DNA of 64,000 nt from an uncultured delta proteobacterium (GCA_963753975.1 CAVWEH010000005.1:352001-416000); one strand, 5' to 3'. Shown: positions 40,389 through 51,621, counted from the stretch's first letter. A program made the numbers and translations. Notes: a model not told the origin generated them from the letters alone.

Positions 40389-41972
40389 CTATTGACGGGT
40401 AAACCTTTTCTTCAACTCTCTGATGATGCCGTAAATCTCCGGGCTTTTTAAAAGATATGAGCAGATAAAAAATGCAGACCCGCCCACGGCAATCGAAACG
40501 ATAAGGTAAAGCAGCCGCTCTTTAAAATGCGCCCCCGTATTCCAGGGCAGGAAAAAATCAATCAGTATTAATACTGCCAGCATTACCAATGAGGAAATGA
40601 TTATTTTGACGATGGATGAATAAAAGACACGGTCTAAAAATGTCCCGATTCTTTTCTTCAAAACAACAGATAGAATTATAACATTAACCGTTGCCGCCAG
40701 CGAATTGGCCAGAGCCAGACCATTATGCGCTAAAGGGTACATTAAAGCCAGGCTGGCTACTAAGTTGACTATAAATGTGATTATAGCGGCCTTCATCGGC
40801 CATTTAGAGTCCTGCAATGAGAAAAAAATGGAGATGATTACGCGGACAACGGAAAACGCCCATAAACCCAAGGTATAACAAAACAATGCTTGAGAGGTTA
40901 AAACCGCTGCTTTTTCATCAAAGGCGCCCCGTTGAAACAAAACGGAAATAATCGGTAAGTGCAGAACCATTAACGCAACCGTGGCGGGAATTGTCACGAA
41001 AAGTATCAACCGCAGGGAAAAAGATAAGCTTGATTTTAATTCCGCTAGATTTTCGTTGGCAACATGCCTGGAGAAACTGGGCAGAGTAGCTGTTCCAATG
41101 GCTACGGCAAAAATCCCCAAGGGCAACTCCATAATCCGGTCGGCGTAGTAGAGATAGGAAACACTGCCTTTGGATAAAAATGAGGCAAGAACTGTTCCCA
41201 CGAGCACATTGATTGTGTTTACCGCAGCAGCTAAAATAGCCGGCAGCATCAAGGCGGTGATTTGTTTAATTCCGGGATGTTGCCAACCTAATTTGAATTT
41301 CAATTTTACTTTAAATTTCAATAGGAATGGCCACTGCAGTGCCAATTGCAGCAAGCCACCGATCATTACACCCATAGCCAGCGCCGTAATGGGCTGCGCA
41401 AAAAAGTTGCGGAAGCACAATGCAGCTACGATCATGGAGATGTTTAAAATAACAGGCGACAGCGCGGGAGCGGCAAAATGCCGGAAAGAATTTAGAATGC
41501 CCATGCATAAAGCCGCCAGGGACATAAAGAAAATGTAGGGAAACATCAAGCGGTTCAAAAAAACCGCCAGGGCGAATTGATCAGGTGTGTTTATAAAACC
41601 CGGTGCATTCAAAGCAACTATAAGCGGTGAGAATAAAACACCAAGTATGGAAATGATCACTAAAACTATAGACAATAAGGTAAAGGCTATATTGGCCAAT
41701 TCCAGAGCTTCTTTATTTGATTTTGTTTGGAGATACTCGGTAAACACGGGAATAAAAGAAACGGTAAGCGATCCTTCGCCAAGCAATCTTCTTAAAAGAT
41801 TGGGAATACGAAAAGCGACTAAAAAAGCATCATAGATCCAACCGGCACCGAAAATAGCGGCAATAACAATATCACGGATGAGACCGAATACCCGGCTCAA
41901 CATTGTGGATATTCCCACAATTCCCGCGGCTTTGGCTACATGTGAATTTTCTGAATTACTTTCCTGGTCCAT
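40389..41972 (-). CDS. murJ: Lipid II flippase
   Basis: SRVFGLIRD, AFRIPNLLRRL.GEG and YADR..ELPLG; many TM helices. Confidence 0.95.
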   Translation of the reverse strand: MDQESNSENSHVAKAAGIVGISTMLSRVFGLIRDIVIAAIFGAGWIYDAFLVAFRIPNLLRRLLGEGSLTVSFIPVFTEYLQTKSNKEALELANIAFTLLSIVLVIISILGVLFSPLIVALNAPGFINTPDQFALAVFLNRLMFPYIFFMSLAALCMGILNSFRHFAAPALSPVILNISMIVAALCFRNFFAQPITALAMGVMIGGLLQLALQWPFLLKFKVKLKFKLGWQHPGIKQITALMLPAILAAAVNTINVLVGTVLASFLSKGSVSYLYYADRIMELPLGIFAVAIGTATLPSFSRHVANENLAELKSSLSFSLRLILFVTIPATVALMVLHLPIISVLFQRGAFDEKAAVLTSQALFCYTLGLWAFSVVRVIISIFFSLQDSKWPMKAAIITFIVNLVASLALMYPLAHNGLALANSLAATVNVIILSVVLKKRIGTFLDRVFYSSIVKIIISSLVMLAVLILIDFFLPWNTGAHFKERLLYLIVSIAVGGSAFFICSYLLKSPEIYGIIRELKKRFTRQ

Positions 41973-42130
41973 AGTGATTCAATCTACTATTTCTGTAAAA
42001 GTAGGGCAATTTTCAATTGATCATACACTGACAGTAAATTCTGTGGAAGAAAAATATTACAAAAAATTATTCAAACACTTTAATATGATTCGAAACTAAG
42101 AAACATTACTTAAAACAAGTAAAGCTAAAT

Positions 42131-42167
42131 AAAAAAAGGCGGCGCTGATATATCAGAACCGCCTTTT
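42131..42167 (-). terminator. Rho-independent terminator of the Liv/CoA-transferase operon
   Basis: AAAAGGCGG..CTGATA/TATCAG..CCGCCTTTT with a 7-T tail on the minus strand. Confidence 0.75.
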
Positions 42168-42191
42168 AAAATTCAAATAGCTAACTTGTGT

Positions 42192-43560
42192 TTATTTACC
42201 ATACTGAATTTTCCGCAATTGCGCCGGTGTCTTAACCTCTTGAGGATGGAGAAATTTCTTCATTGCTTTTTCATTTTCTTTACAGGACGGCCAAAGATAT
42301 GCTATTTTGCCATTCTCTTGAAACTGAACAAGAGGCTGATAAAAGTATCCCGGGTAAGTCTTCCACGGATTATTCGGATCAACCCTCATCCGGGAATGGT
42401 AAAACGGTTTTACTTTCTTGGTTTCGTATTTCATTTTCCCGAGTGAATACTCTGTCGTCCACATTTTCCATAGCTTTGATCAGCTTTGGGACATTGTCTG
42501 TTCCCCCTGCCTTCTCAATAGCTGCCTTGAATTGGTAAATGTCGGCATAGGCAATATGCACATGAAGCTGCATGGGAATATTTCTCTTTGCTGCTTTTTC
42601 CATAAGAGGCATGGTTTTGGATGTCAGAGGAATAGTATCCAAATCGAAGAACGAAGAAAGAGTCCCCAGCGCCTTGCCGCCGGTCATGGGCCAAAATGCG
42701 TGCGTCTGTGAAACACCTCCATAGAAAGAAACATAGATATTTTTAGCTGCGGAATCAGCCCATTGTTTGGCAAAGGCGTCCGTATCCGTAAACCAGGAGC
42801 TGACAAAAAAGATCAGGTCGGCTTTTTTATCGGCAATTTCCTGCAGAATGGGTATGTATAAAGTCCCGCGCGGCTTAACTGCTTTACTATAAACAACTTT
42901 TAACCCTACATCCTGAGCCATTTTTTCCCAAGTCGGCAGTTTCATATAATCAATTCCTTTTCTCCACTCGGTCGTCCAGTCCAGGTCTTCCCAAAGAAAA
43001 GCGATTTTTTTCACCCCTAGGTATTTTTTCCAGAGTCCCATAATGTATTTCGTTTGGGCATAATGAGCAGGTTCCGGATCAAAATCCCGGAAGCAAAAAT
43101 CGTATTTCGGAGCTTCATCTATAATCCGCGCTGTTAATTCGGAGCCCATGGGACCATTGAAAACGAGAATATGGGGATATTCCTTGAAAAGGTTACCGGA
43201 GTTTTCCTGCACCGCCAGAGAAATCTCTGTACGGCCTTCCACGGAAACAAATGTCGCTTTATCTTCGATTATCAAGTTTCTTGCCGCTTCGACGGATAGC
43301 GATGTGTCGCCCTTGCCATCTTGGACAATATACTTCACCGGCCGTCCCAGGATGCCGCCGGCCGCATTAATCTCATCAACGGCCATTTTTTGGATATCCA
43401 TACATGGTTTAGTACCAGGGGATGCAACGTTTCCAACATACCCAATAACAATGGGCTCCCCTTTCGGTTGTGCAAATGACACTGATGGCAGTAACGCCAT
43501 TACGGCTATCACCACTACGGAAACGATGACGCCAACAACCCTAAAATCTTTTTTCATCAT
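42192..43560 (-). CDS. Periplasmic substrate-binding protein (Liv/HAAT type), split by a +1 frameshift near 42460
   Basis: Signal peptide and AVDEINAAGGILGRP. The C-terminus (TEYSLGKMKY...QFQENGK...WP) continues in another frame. Confidence 0.85.
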
Positions 43561-43648
43561 GGCACCTCCTCCTTAAAAAAATATTTCCAGCCTAAGAAAA
43601 TTCACCCGTCCCCACGGAACGGATCTTCATTTACAGGTATTAAATATT

Positions 43649-44986
43649 TTACACTCCTTTGAGGTACTTATCCCTGACGTAGTCATTATCCTTCCCGATC
43701 TCGCAGGAAACCCACTTCACGCGAGGAGGAGATTCGGACATCTTGACGAAATTTGCGCTAATAGTATATTTGCCCAAATTATTATCTTCAACTTCCTGAA
43801 ACGCCTTGCGGACATGCCATTGTTTGTTTTCCATAGCAGTCTCCGGCGTCATCAATTTCATAACAATAGGTACTCCCCCACCGCGCCATTTGGACCTTGC
43901 CGATTTCTTGCTATAATGTAAAGCCATTCTGACCAATTCATCAGCCGTGTGTTTCATGGTTGCTTTTTCGATTAGTTTATGAAGATGTGTCGCCTGTTCT
44001 AAAATGTCGGGTATACGATCCGATGAATACCTCCAATCGTCCTCGATCTCCCACAGACCAAGAATTTTAAGCAACGCTCGAAAATCATGATCTCGGGGAG
44101 CAGCAATGGCAACAAATCCATCTTTACACTTCCAATGACCGTAAGGATACAAAATAAAATCCAATACTCCGATTCGTGGCCGTGCCTTTCCCCAGGTACA
44201 GCCGATCGAGGCCGGAATCCCTACCATGGAAGAGTAGGCATCCATGCTCGCCACATCCACCATCTGACCCTGCCCCGTGTTTTGCCGGTGGATAAGAGCA
44301 ACTGTACCGGCAAGAGCGGCGCCAAGCCCGGAAACATACCAACCTGCCCACATTCCCGCACGTAACGGCCAGTTATATGGCTCCCCCATCTCCGGTACGT
44401 CCCCCATCTCGGCGGGAAGTCCCGAGCCCGCCTGGGAAGTGATATCGGAATCAGGCATGCGCGCAAACTCCTTCGCCTTATCTGTATATTGTCCGTAGGG
44501 AGTAACTGCTATATAGACCAGCCCCTTGTTATTGGCACTTAGCTGCCGGAAACCTATCCCCCATGAATCCATATCTCCGGCGGGGAACGTCTCAATCACA
44601 ACAGCAGCTTTTTGGGCCAGCTTACTGAAAACCTCGCGATCTTTAGCGTTATTCTTAATATCCAAGGACATATAGCGTTTATTTCGCCCCTCCATCATAA
44701 AAGGTATGCCCACCCCTTTAACATTGACGCCAAACGGCGTCATCTGGCGGGCCGGATCTCCTTCGGGAGGTTCGATCTTAATCACTTCGGCGCCAAATTC
44801 GGCAAAAAAGCTGGCAGCAATAATTCCCGCAAAATTAGCATTGCTGGCATCCAGAACCAGCAAATCGTCCATCACCTCTGCCTTTCCTTCGGGATTCATA
44901 ATTTCGGCCAATGCCTTCCCCAGTTCGGAAAGACGGGAAGACGCGTGCCGAGTGTATATTTCTTCCTTTTGTGCTTTCGGGCTCAT
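43649..44986 (-). CDS. Family III (CaiB/BaiF) CoA-transferase subunit, apparently lacking the catalytic Asp
   Basis: GAEVIKIEPP.GD..R, GRNKR and GQGQMVDVA; WAGW in place of the usual xGD. Confidence 0.85.
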   Translation of the reverse strand: MSPKAQKEEIYTRHASSRLSELGKALAEIMNPEGKAEVMDDLLVLDASNANFAGIIAASFFAEFGAEVIKIEPPEGDPARQMTPFGVNVKGVGIPFMMEGRNKRYMSLDIKNNAKDREVFSKLAQKAAVVIETFPAGDMDSWGIGFRQLSANNKGLVYIAVTPYGQYTDKAKEFARMPDSDITSQAGSGLPAEMGDVPEMGEPYNWPLRAGMWAGWYVSGLGAALAGTVALIHRQNTGQGQMVDVASMDAYSSMVGIPASIGCTWGKARPRIGVLDFILYPYGHWKCKDGFVAIAAPRDHDFRALLKILGLWEIEDDWRYSSDRIPDILEQATHLHKLIEKATMKHTADELVRMALHYSKKSARSKWRGGGVPIVMKLMTPETAMENKQWHVRKAFQEVEDNNLGKYTISANFVKMSESPPRVKWVSCEIGKDNDYVRDKYLKGV

Positions 44987-46338
44987 TTACAAACCTCTTT
45001 TCCGTAATTGCATATGGGATCTTCATTCATGTTATAGTATACGGGCGGTTTAAGACCCGGCCTGTCATCAAAGGTGCCAATAACCTTTTTCTTTTCCAGA
45101 TACTTGATCTCTTCTTCCGACATGCCAAGAAACTTCTTCAACACGATCCGATTATGATAACCGAGAGGACGGGCAAGCCATTTGGTTCTCGATGGCGTCC
45201 CGCTTAGCTGTGCCGAGGGGCCGGCAATTACTAATTCTCCGTACATATCATCTTTGAAAAGAACCACGCTACCTCTTTTACGCCGCCAGGCATCATTGCA
45301 AATCGTGAAATCGTCCGCAACTTCTGCCGCAGGAAAAGAGTTCGAGTTAGCGACATTAATGATTTCCTCGGTGGTTTTAGACTTTACCCAATCGGTAACG
45401 ATGCTATTCAAAGCTTTCGCATTTTCCGGCTTTAGCCTCTCCATATTGTTGTTAAAGCGCTCATCCTTAAGCAATTCTTCTTTGCCCATTGCACTCAAAA
45501 GACCTTGAAACTGGTCATGAGTGGCGCAGGCTAAAGCTAAGAATTTTTCATCGCCCGCTTTGAAAATTGCTGACGGCACCATAGTGGGATCTGAATTTCC
45601 CGTCCGGCCGATTTCTCCTCCGGTGACGGAATGGTAGGTATAATTAAACAAAAGACGCATCAAGGCTTCGGATTGAGCGAGATCAATATATTGTCCCTTA
45701 CCTGTCTTATTTCTGTAATAAAGCGCCATCATGATCGATAAGGCACCGATATTACCCGGCACAAAATCGCCCAGATAATCGGGAAGTTTGTAAAATTTAT
45801 CGGTGTTGGGATATCCGTTCAAACTCAAGACACCGCTGGCCGCTTGGGCTAAAAGGTCCCATCCCGGGAAAAAGCGCATCGGCCCATATTGACCATATGT
45901 AGAGCAGCTTAAAAAAATAATCTTGGGATTTATTTTGCTGATTTGAGAGTAGCCTATCTTCCATGCTTCCGCAGTACCCGGTGCAAAGTTTTCAATAACG
46001 ACATCGGCTGTCTCAGCCATTTTGTAAATCAATTCTTTAGACTTGGCCAGTCTTAAATTTACGGAAAGAAAATATTTGTTTTTGGTTATATTGTGCCAGA
46101 TCGGATTGGAGTGTTTCCAATATTTGCCCCAGTAAGTTGCAGGCCTCCAGAGATCTCCGGAGAAAGGCAGTTCCAATTTGATGACTTCCGCCCCGTAATC
46201 CGCAAGAAGCCTGGCAGCGATAGGACCGAAGATTACATGAGAGAAATCCAACACGCGAATGCCTTTTAGAGCTTCTGGTTTAGTGCCTGCGTGAGCCGGA
46301 TCGAATAGCTTTTCAGTATAAGAAAAATAGTCTTCCAT
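44983..46338 (-). CDS. Family III (CaiB/BaiF) CoA-transferase subunit
   Basis: LKGIRVLD, GAEVIKLE, DVVIENF.PG, YLGD (catalytic Asp position) and GKGQYIDLA. Confidence 0.9.
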   Translation of the reverse strand: MEDYFSYTEKLFDPAHAGTKPEALKGIRVLDFSHVIFGPIAARLLADYGAEVIKLELPFSGDLWRPATYWGKYWKHSNPIWHNITKNKYFLSVNLRLAKSKELIYKMAETADVVIENFAPGTAEAWKIGYSQISKINPKIIFLSCSTYGQYGPMRFFPGWDLLAQAASGVLSLNGYPNTDKFYKLPDYLGDFVPGNIGALSIMMALYYRNKTGKGQYIDLAQSEALMRLLFNYTYHSVTGGEIGRTGNSDPTMVPSAIFKAGDEKFLALACATHDQFQGLLSAMGKEELLKDERFNNNMERLKPENAKALNSIVTDWVKSKTTEEIINVANSNSFPAAEVADDFTICNDAWRRKRGSVVLFKDDMYGELVIAGPSAQLSGTPSRTKWLARPLGYHNRIVLKKFLGMSEEEIKYLEKKKVIGTFDDRPGLKPPVYYNMNEDPICNYGKEVCK

Positions 46339-46341
46339 GAT

Positions 46342-47046
46342 TTATCTCCCTAAATATGCCTTCTTCACCAAATTATTCTTTATCAGGTTTACGGCCGTAT
46401 CTTCAATGACGACTCTGCCGTCTTGAAGAATATATCCCCTGTTGGCTAACTGCAGGGCGCGCAGAGCATTTTGCTCAGTAAGTAAGATAGTGAGCCCCGC
46501 ATCCCGGAGCTTTGCCAGGGTTTCATAGACTGCATCTACGATAATAGGGGCAAGACCTATGGATGGCTCATCTATCATTATAAGCTTGGGATTCGCCATA
46601 AGGCCTCTGCCGATTTTAAGCATTTGCTGCTCTCCACCACTGAGTAACCGTGCCATTTGATTGGACCGCTCCTTAAGAATCGGGTATAAGTTATAAACAT
46701 AGCATAATGTTTCATTTCTTTTTTTCCAGGAATTGCTCCGATAAGCGCCCAAGAGAAGATTTTCCTTAACCGTCATGTAAGGAAAGGCCTTGCTTCCCTC
46801 CGGCACCTGAACAATGCCCATGTCCACAACTTTGTGCGGCGGTAAATTTAGAATGGGCTCATCCTGAAAGATTACTCTTCCGGTCGGATGTTTCATAAAT
46901 CCCTGGATGGTATTTAATATAGTGCTTTTACCTGTTCCATTGGAACCGAGAATAGTTACAATTTCATTTTCTTTTACATTGAAACTCACATCATGGAGCA
47001 CCGGGATAACGCCATACGAGACATTAAGTTTATCAACTTCAAGCAT
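46342..47046 (-). CDS. LivF-like ABC ATPase
   Basis: Motifs GSNGTGKST, LSGGEQQML and DEPSIGLAP. Confidence 0.92.
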   Translation of the reverse strand: MLEVDKLNVSYGVIPVLHDVSFNVKENEIVTILGSNGTGKSTILNTIQGFMKHPTGRVIFQDEPILNLPPHKVVDMGIVQVPEGSKAFPYMTVKENLLLGAYRSNSWKKRNETLCYVYNLYPILKERSNQMARLLSGGEQQMLKIGRGLMANPKLIMIDEPSIGLAPIIVDAVYETLAKLRDAGLTILLTEQNALRALQLANRGYILQDGRVVIEDTAVNLIKNNLVKKAYLGR

Positions 47047-47785
47047 ACGCCTTCCACCCCCTCCCCAGATAGGCTTCAATTACCGCATCGTTATTCACTA
47101 CTTCGTCCGGGGTTCCTTCGGCAAGTTTTTCACCGTGATTAATAGCAATAATACGATCAGCGGATTCCATTAGCACCGCCATGACATGCTCTATCCAGAA
47201 GATGGTAATTCCAAACTGTTCTTTGGCCCGGGAAATGAGTTGAATTGCGTCATTGGCCTCGCCGGGATTGAGACCGGCCATAACCTCATCGATAAAGAGA
47301 AGCTTCGGCGTTGTGGCCAGAGACCGGGCAAGCTCCAGCATTCTTAACTCATAAAAAGTCAAATCGCGGGCAAGAATAGCCCGTTTGCTGAAGAGCCCGA
47401 CGAATTCAAGATAGTGGGTCGCCTCCACCATAGCATCTTCAAAACTCTGGTTAACACGCTTCTTGCCGCAGAGGGCACTGGTAGCCACGCTGGCCAGAGC
47501 CGTCAATTCAGGGAAGGGTCGGGGAATTTGGTACGTTCGGGCAAGTCCCATATGCGCTCGCTGATGAGGCTTCATATTGGTGATATTTATCCCGTTCATT
47601 TCGATCTCACCTGAATCGGCGTCAAGATATCCGGAGAGCACATTGACTACGGTTGATTTTCCCGCACCGTTGGGACCGATAAAGCCGACAGTTTCACCTG
47701 CGTGAATCTCGAATGATAAATTATTTACCGCAACAATCCCTCCAAAAGTCTTGGTGATATTGCTAACTTTCAGCAGTTCCGTCAT
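47039..47785 (-). CDS. LivG-like ABC ATPase
   Basis: Motifs FGGIVAV, GPNGAGKST, DEVMAGLNP and EAYLG. Confidence 0.92.
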   Translation of the reverse strand: MTELLKVSNITKTFGGIVAVNNLSFEIHAGETVGFIGPNGAGKSTVVNVLSGYLDADSGEIEMNGINITNMKPHQRAHMGLARTYQIPRPFPELTALASVATSALCGKKRVNQSFEDAMVEATHYLEFVGLFSKRAILARDLTFYELRMLELARSLATTPKLLFIDEVMAGLNPGEANDAIQLISRAKEQFGITIFWIEHVMAVLMESADRIIAINHGEKLAEGTPDEVVNNDAVIEAYLGRGWKAYA

Positions 47786-47793
47786 TTATTAAT

Positions 47794-48834
47794 TTACCTC
47801 CGCACATGTATGGTTGGAAAATATTCTCTATAACGGCGTTTGCGATAAATCCCAAAAAGCCCTTCCGGAAGCACAAAAAGAAGGATAATAAGAATTATAG
47901 GGAATACAACCGGCTGTATCGGCCCCATAGTCCTGATCAGAATCATCTCTAAAAAGGCGACGAAATAACCGCCGACAACGCATCCAAATATTTGGGTCCG
48001 GCCTCCGATCATCATAGCTAAAAATATTTTCAGCATGAATGTAAACGTAAGATAAGTTTGTCCGGCAAATGAAGAAAAATAATGGGCGTAAAACCATCCG
48101 ATAATCCCAATCATACCGGCAGAAAAGACAAAAGAAAGAATTTTAACTTTGTTTATATTTACGCCAATACCGTGGGCCACCTCTTCATCGTCATTGATGG
48201 CAGCCATAATTAATCCATAGCGCGACTTGATAACCTTGTTGATGACCAAAAGGTACAAAACCATGATGATGATGGAAATGTATGCTATAATCATAAAATT
48301 GATTCTGGCATTCCCCAAATCCAGAAGAGGCTTAATTCCAAAGAGTCCGGTATCCCCCTTAAAGATATCAGTATAGATAATGGTAACTTCTAAAAAAACA
48401 AAAGGTAAAAGCAGGGATAACAAAACGTAGTAGAGTCCTCGAGCAACAATCACCAGGGGACTGAAGATAAGCGCAGCAAAAAGAGTAATTAATATTGCGA
48501 ACAACAATGTTGCCAGCGGCCCCCAGCCGTAAGCGATGCTGAGCAGAGCGGCCGCATAACCTCCCACGCCGACGAAAAAATTCGGGCCAAAATTAACGCG
48601 GCCCGTTCCCAGGGTCATCAGCGACATCGGCATGGCGATAGCAGCCAGAAGATTGGCCGAGATCATGGTGTTGATCAGCCCCGGGCTTATAAAATAGGCA
48701 ACGGCGGGAAAAATAAGTAAAAAAGCAACCCAGATGATGGAATTGCGCCAATATCTGGGTTCAATCATCCATTCCCATTTCTTATCCTTAAGTCTGATTA
48801 CAACGCGATCTCTTTTTAATTCAATATCTACCAT
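47794..48834 (-). CDS. LivM-like ABC permease
   Basis: Multi-TM; SRYG...AI.DDE..A and LPEGL. Confidence 0.88.
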   Translation of the reverse strand: MVDIELKRDRVVIRLKDKKWEWMIEPRYWRNSIIWVAFLLIFPAVAYFISPGLINTMISANLLAAIAMPMSLMTLGTGRVNFGPNFFVGVGGYAAALLSIAYGWGPLATLLFAILITLFAALIFSPLVIVARGLYYVLLSLLLPFVFLEVTIIYTDIFKGDTGLFGIKPLLDLGNARINFMIIAYISIIIMVLYLLVINKVIKSRYGLIMAAINDDEEVAHGIGVNINKVKILSFVFSAGMIGIIGWFYAHYFSSFAGQTYLTFTFMLKIFLAMMIGGRTQIFGCVVGGYFVAFLEMILIRTMGPIQPVVFPIILIILLFVLPEGLFGIYRKRRYREYFPTIHVRR

Positions 48835-49703
48835 AATGACTCACTCCTTGTTAATCCCTGTGGCCTCACTATCAAAACAATCATGACCAGTACTAAAGCC
48901 GAAAGTGTCATAAAACGCGGTTCCCCCACAATAAAGCACATAACTGCATGGACCGCTCCGATGAGAAAGCTCGCCATGATGGTACCTTTCATATTACCAA
49001 GCCCTCCCAGAACGGCGACAAGGATGGCGGTAAACATGTAAATCTGACCCATGTCGGGAGCGACTGTCCACACCGGAGCAATAATAAGCGTACCGATCAT
49101 AACAGGCACAAGGACAAACATCATCGTGAAAATATAAAGGCTCTCCACGTTAATACCGACAATTTGGGAGCTGTATATGCTCTGGGAAATGGCTCTTATA
49201 GCAAGGCCTGTCCTTGTTTTAAGAAAGAATAAAACGAAAAGTCCGGTTAAAAGAAGCGCGATAATTGATCCGATAAGGAGCTGGGTAGAAACAATAACCG
49301 AACCGATTTGCGTAGTCCCCTTAATCAATTCTGTTTGTAAATAAACACCTGTTTGCATGGGATATTGGTAATTGATAGCCTGCTCAATTATGACGGTTAT
49401 CAGTAAAAGACCCACCAGCATCTCCAATTCTTTATCCAGGTATTTTTTGATAATTCCTTTGTAAATGAGAAAGGCGATAATAAATTGAACCGCAACCATG
49501 CCGAAAATCGCCGGTATGAGGCTCCATCCCAGATCTTGAAAAAACATCCAAGTGACGTAGATAGTTACCGGGAATATATAAGCATAACCGAGATGAAAAA
49601 TTCTTAAAACGCCGCAAATGATAGAAAACCCTAAGGAAATAAGCAGATAAATTGAACCTAAAATGAAAGTGTAAATGAGTAAGTTTTGTATATAAACCCA
49701 CAT
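48828..49703 (-). CDS. LivH-like ABC permease
   Basis: Motifs YLLISLGFSII.G, TRTGLAIRA, VLGGLG and RPQGL. Confidence 0.9.
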   Translation of the reverse strand: MWVYIQNLLIYTFILGSIYLLISLGFSIICGVLRIFHLGYAYIFPVTIYVTWMFFQDLGWSLIPAIFGMVAVQFIIAFLIYKGIIKKYLDKELEMLVGLLLITVIIEQAINYQYPMQTGVYLQTELIKGTTQIGSVIVSTQLLIGSIIALLLTGLFVLFFLKTRTGLAIRAISQSIYSSQIVGINVESLYIFTMMFVLVPVMIGTLIIAPVWTVAPDMGQIYMFTAILVAVLGGLGNMKGTIMASFLIGAVHAVMCFIVGEPRFMTLSALVLVMIVLIVRPQGLTRSESLW

Positions 49704-50049
49704 ACTCTTTTTCTTCTCCCTTCTTTACTTTTGACCCGCGGTTAAGTCCTTAATTATGGGAAAAATCTAGTTAATATAGTGTAATTTATATAATAATATT
49801 GCTACCTTACTGAAACACTTATTCGACATTAATAAAGCATTCGAAAATAACAACTGAAAAATGATTCTCTGAATTACGAAAAAACACTGACAAGCGCATG
49901 TGTGTTTTGTTAATCGAGCTTTGAATGTTTGTCAACAGTTTTTAATTATTTTTTGTCTCTCTCCTGACCGAAAGTAAAAAACCATTTTAAGCTTATTGCC
50001 GGTGATTCTTTCATTAGGGCGAGGCTTGCTGCGCGATACGGCAGAATGA

Positions 50050-50364
50050 TTATCCCTGCAAGATATTCTTTATTTTCTCTTCCAGGTCTTTCTTGCTTAT
50101 ATCTTTCACTAAAACTATTTTTTTCCGTGATTTTGCTCCGGCCAAAATTTCCAGCTGACTTTTTCTTAACTTTAAAGCTTGGGCGAGAAGATTTACGCAA
50201 GCAATATTTGCCGCGCCTTCCACAGGTGGTGCAGCAACCTTAAGCTTAAGCGCATCTTCTTGCGAGCCAGCTATCCCCGAGTGGGAAGCACGAGGGGTAA
50301 CTTGAATTTCAAAAGTTAAACCTTTTTTTGATTCTTTTACATGGATAATGCTCGCCAAAAACAA
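50050..50364 (-). CDS. DUF167/YggU family protein
   Basis: Motifs V.PRAS, LKLKVAAPPVEGAAN and G.KSRKK. Confidence 0.9.
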   Translation of the reverse strand: MFLASIIHVKESKKGLTFEIQVTPRASHSGIAGSQEDALKLKVAAPPVEGAANIACVNLLAQALKLRKSQLEILAGAKSRKKIVLVKDISKKDLEEKIKNILQG

Positions 50365-50382
50365 AGGCCTTTCTTGCCGGTG

Positions 50383-50679
50383 TTATAAATTGCGGGCTAA
50401 CTGAATTATTGTTTCCACTAAGAAATACTGCAAAAAGATAATCACCAAAATAACAATAATTGGGGAAAGATCAATTCCGACATTACGTAAAGGAAGTATG
50501 CGGCGTACCGGACGAAGCACCGGCTCCGTAACTCTATACAAAAAGATTACGATTTTATTATAAGGGTCCGCGTTCACCCATGATATTACGGCACGAAAAA
50601 TTATAATCCACATGTAAAGAGTTAAGACGATGTCGACGATCTTGGCCAAAGCGACGACGAAATTACTTAAGACAAACAT
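50383..50679 (-). CDS. YggT family membrane protein
   Basis: Motifs ISWVNADPYN, TEPVL.PVRR and IDLSPI. Confidence 0.93.
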   Translation of the reverse strand: MFVLSNFVVALAKIVDIVLTLYMWIIIFRAVISWVNADPYNKIVIFLYRVTEPVLRPVRRILPLRNVGIDLSPIIVILVIIFLQYFLVETIIQLARNL

Positions 50680-50702
50680 AAAAACACCTCATGTATCCCC
50701 GT

Positions 50703-51488
50703 TTAAACGATCTTAGAAATGGACAGGGCAAACTTATTTAAAGTTTCATTAAACTCTTTTGGCCTTTCTATCATCACCATATGACCAGCGCCTTCTATCA
50801 GGCACAGTTTTGCCCCGCTTATATTTTCAGTTATTTGGCGGGAAAAATCAGGCGGCATCATTTTATCTTCCGCCCCGCAGATGACTAGCACAGGCATAGC
50901 TATTTTACCTGTTTCGTGAGCTAAGTTCAATTTATTGCACGCCGAAAGATCATTATATAAAACATTCGTATTGGCCAGAGAAAGGCTTTTTTTCAACTGG
51001 TCAAAAAACTGGGGACGGTTTTTCTTGGCCAGCGAAAATTTACATATTAAATCAATTGCTTCTGACGGATTCGTTTTAAAAAATTCCAAAAGAGAGGAAT
51101 TAACCGGCATTTTTAATCCGCCGCTAACCGAAACAATTCCTTTAATCTCTTGCGGGTAATTTAGCGCGAATTGCAGAGTGATCGCGGCACCCAGAGAATG
51201 ACCGACCAGAATAGAATTCTTTAGACATAAAGGATCCAGTAGTTTCCTTACCCAGAGACAATAGTTGCCCACATCACTTTCACCACTGCCTGGAGAATGG
51301 CCGTGCCCCGGAAGATCGACAGCAATAATATTATAATACTTATGTAATTTGGCGTATTGCAGCGACCATAGACTGTGATCGCCGCCGGAGCCGTGGATGA
51401 AAATCAAGCTTTGTTTGTGCGCTCCAAAATCGCGGCTATTAACCCAACAAGCGATTCTCGAAGATTCAATATCAAAATATTTCAGCAT
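50703..51488 (-). CDS. Alpha/beta hydrolase
   Basis: Motifs FIHGSG, DLPGHG, GHSLG, G.ED and AGH. Confidence 0.9.
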   Translation of the reverse strand: MLKYFDIESSRIACWVNSRDFGAHKQSLIFIHGSGGDHSLWSLQYAKLHKYYNIIAVDLPGHGHSPGSGESDVGNYCLWVRKLLDPLCLKNSILVGHSLGAAITLQFALNYPQEIKGIVSVSGGLKMPVNSSLLEFFKTNPSEAIDLICKFSLAKKNRPQFFDQLKKSLSLANTNVLYNDLSACNKLNLAHETGKIAMPVLVICGAEDKMMPPDFSRQITENISGAKLCLIEGAGHMVMIERPKEFNETLNKFALSISKIV

Positions 51489-51621
51489 ATTGATTTACTC
51501 TAATGAAAATCGATATCACAAAAACAAAAATTTAGGCAATGGAAGAATGCGCCGGGAAAGCTGATTTATGTTGACAGAATAAAGGGAAAAAGTGCATGAA
51601 CGAAGAGAAAGGAGAGCGGAA

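Noticed and set aside
42192..42464. Separate 90-aa gene or programmed frameshift
   Set aside because: It is the C-terminus of the substrate-binding protein. There is no slippery heptamer, and it fits the pattern of +1 errors.
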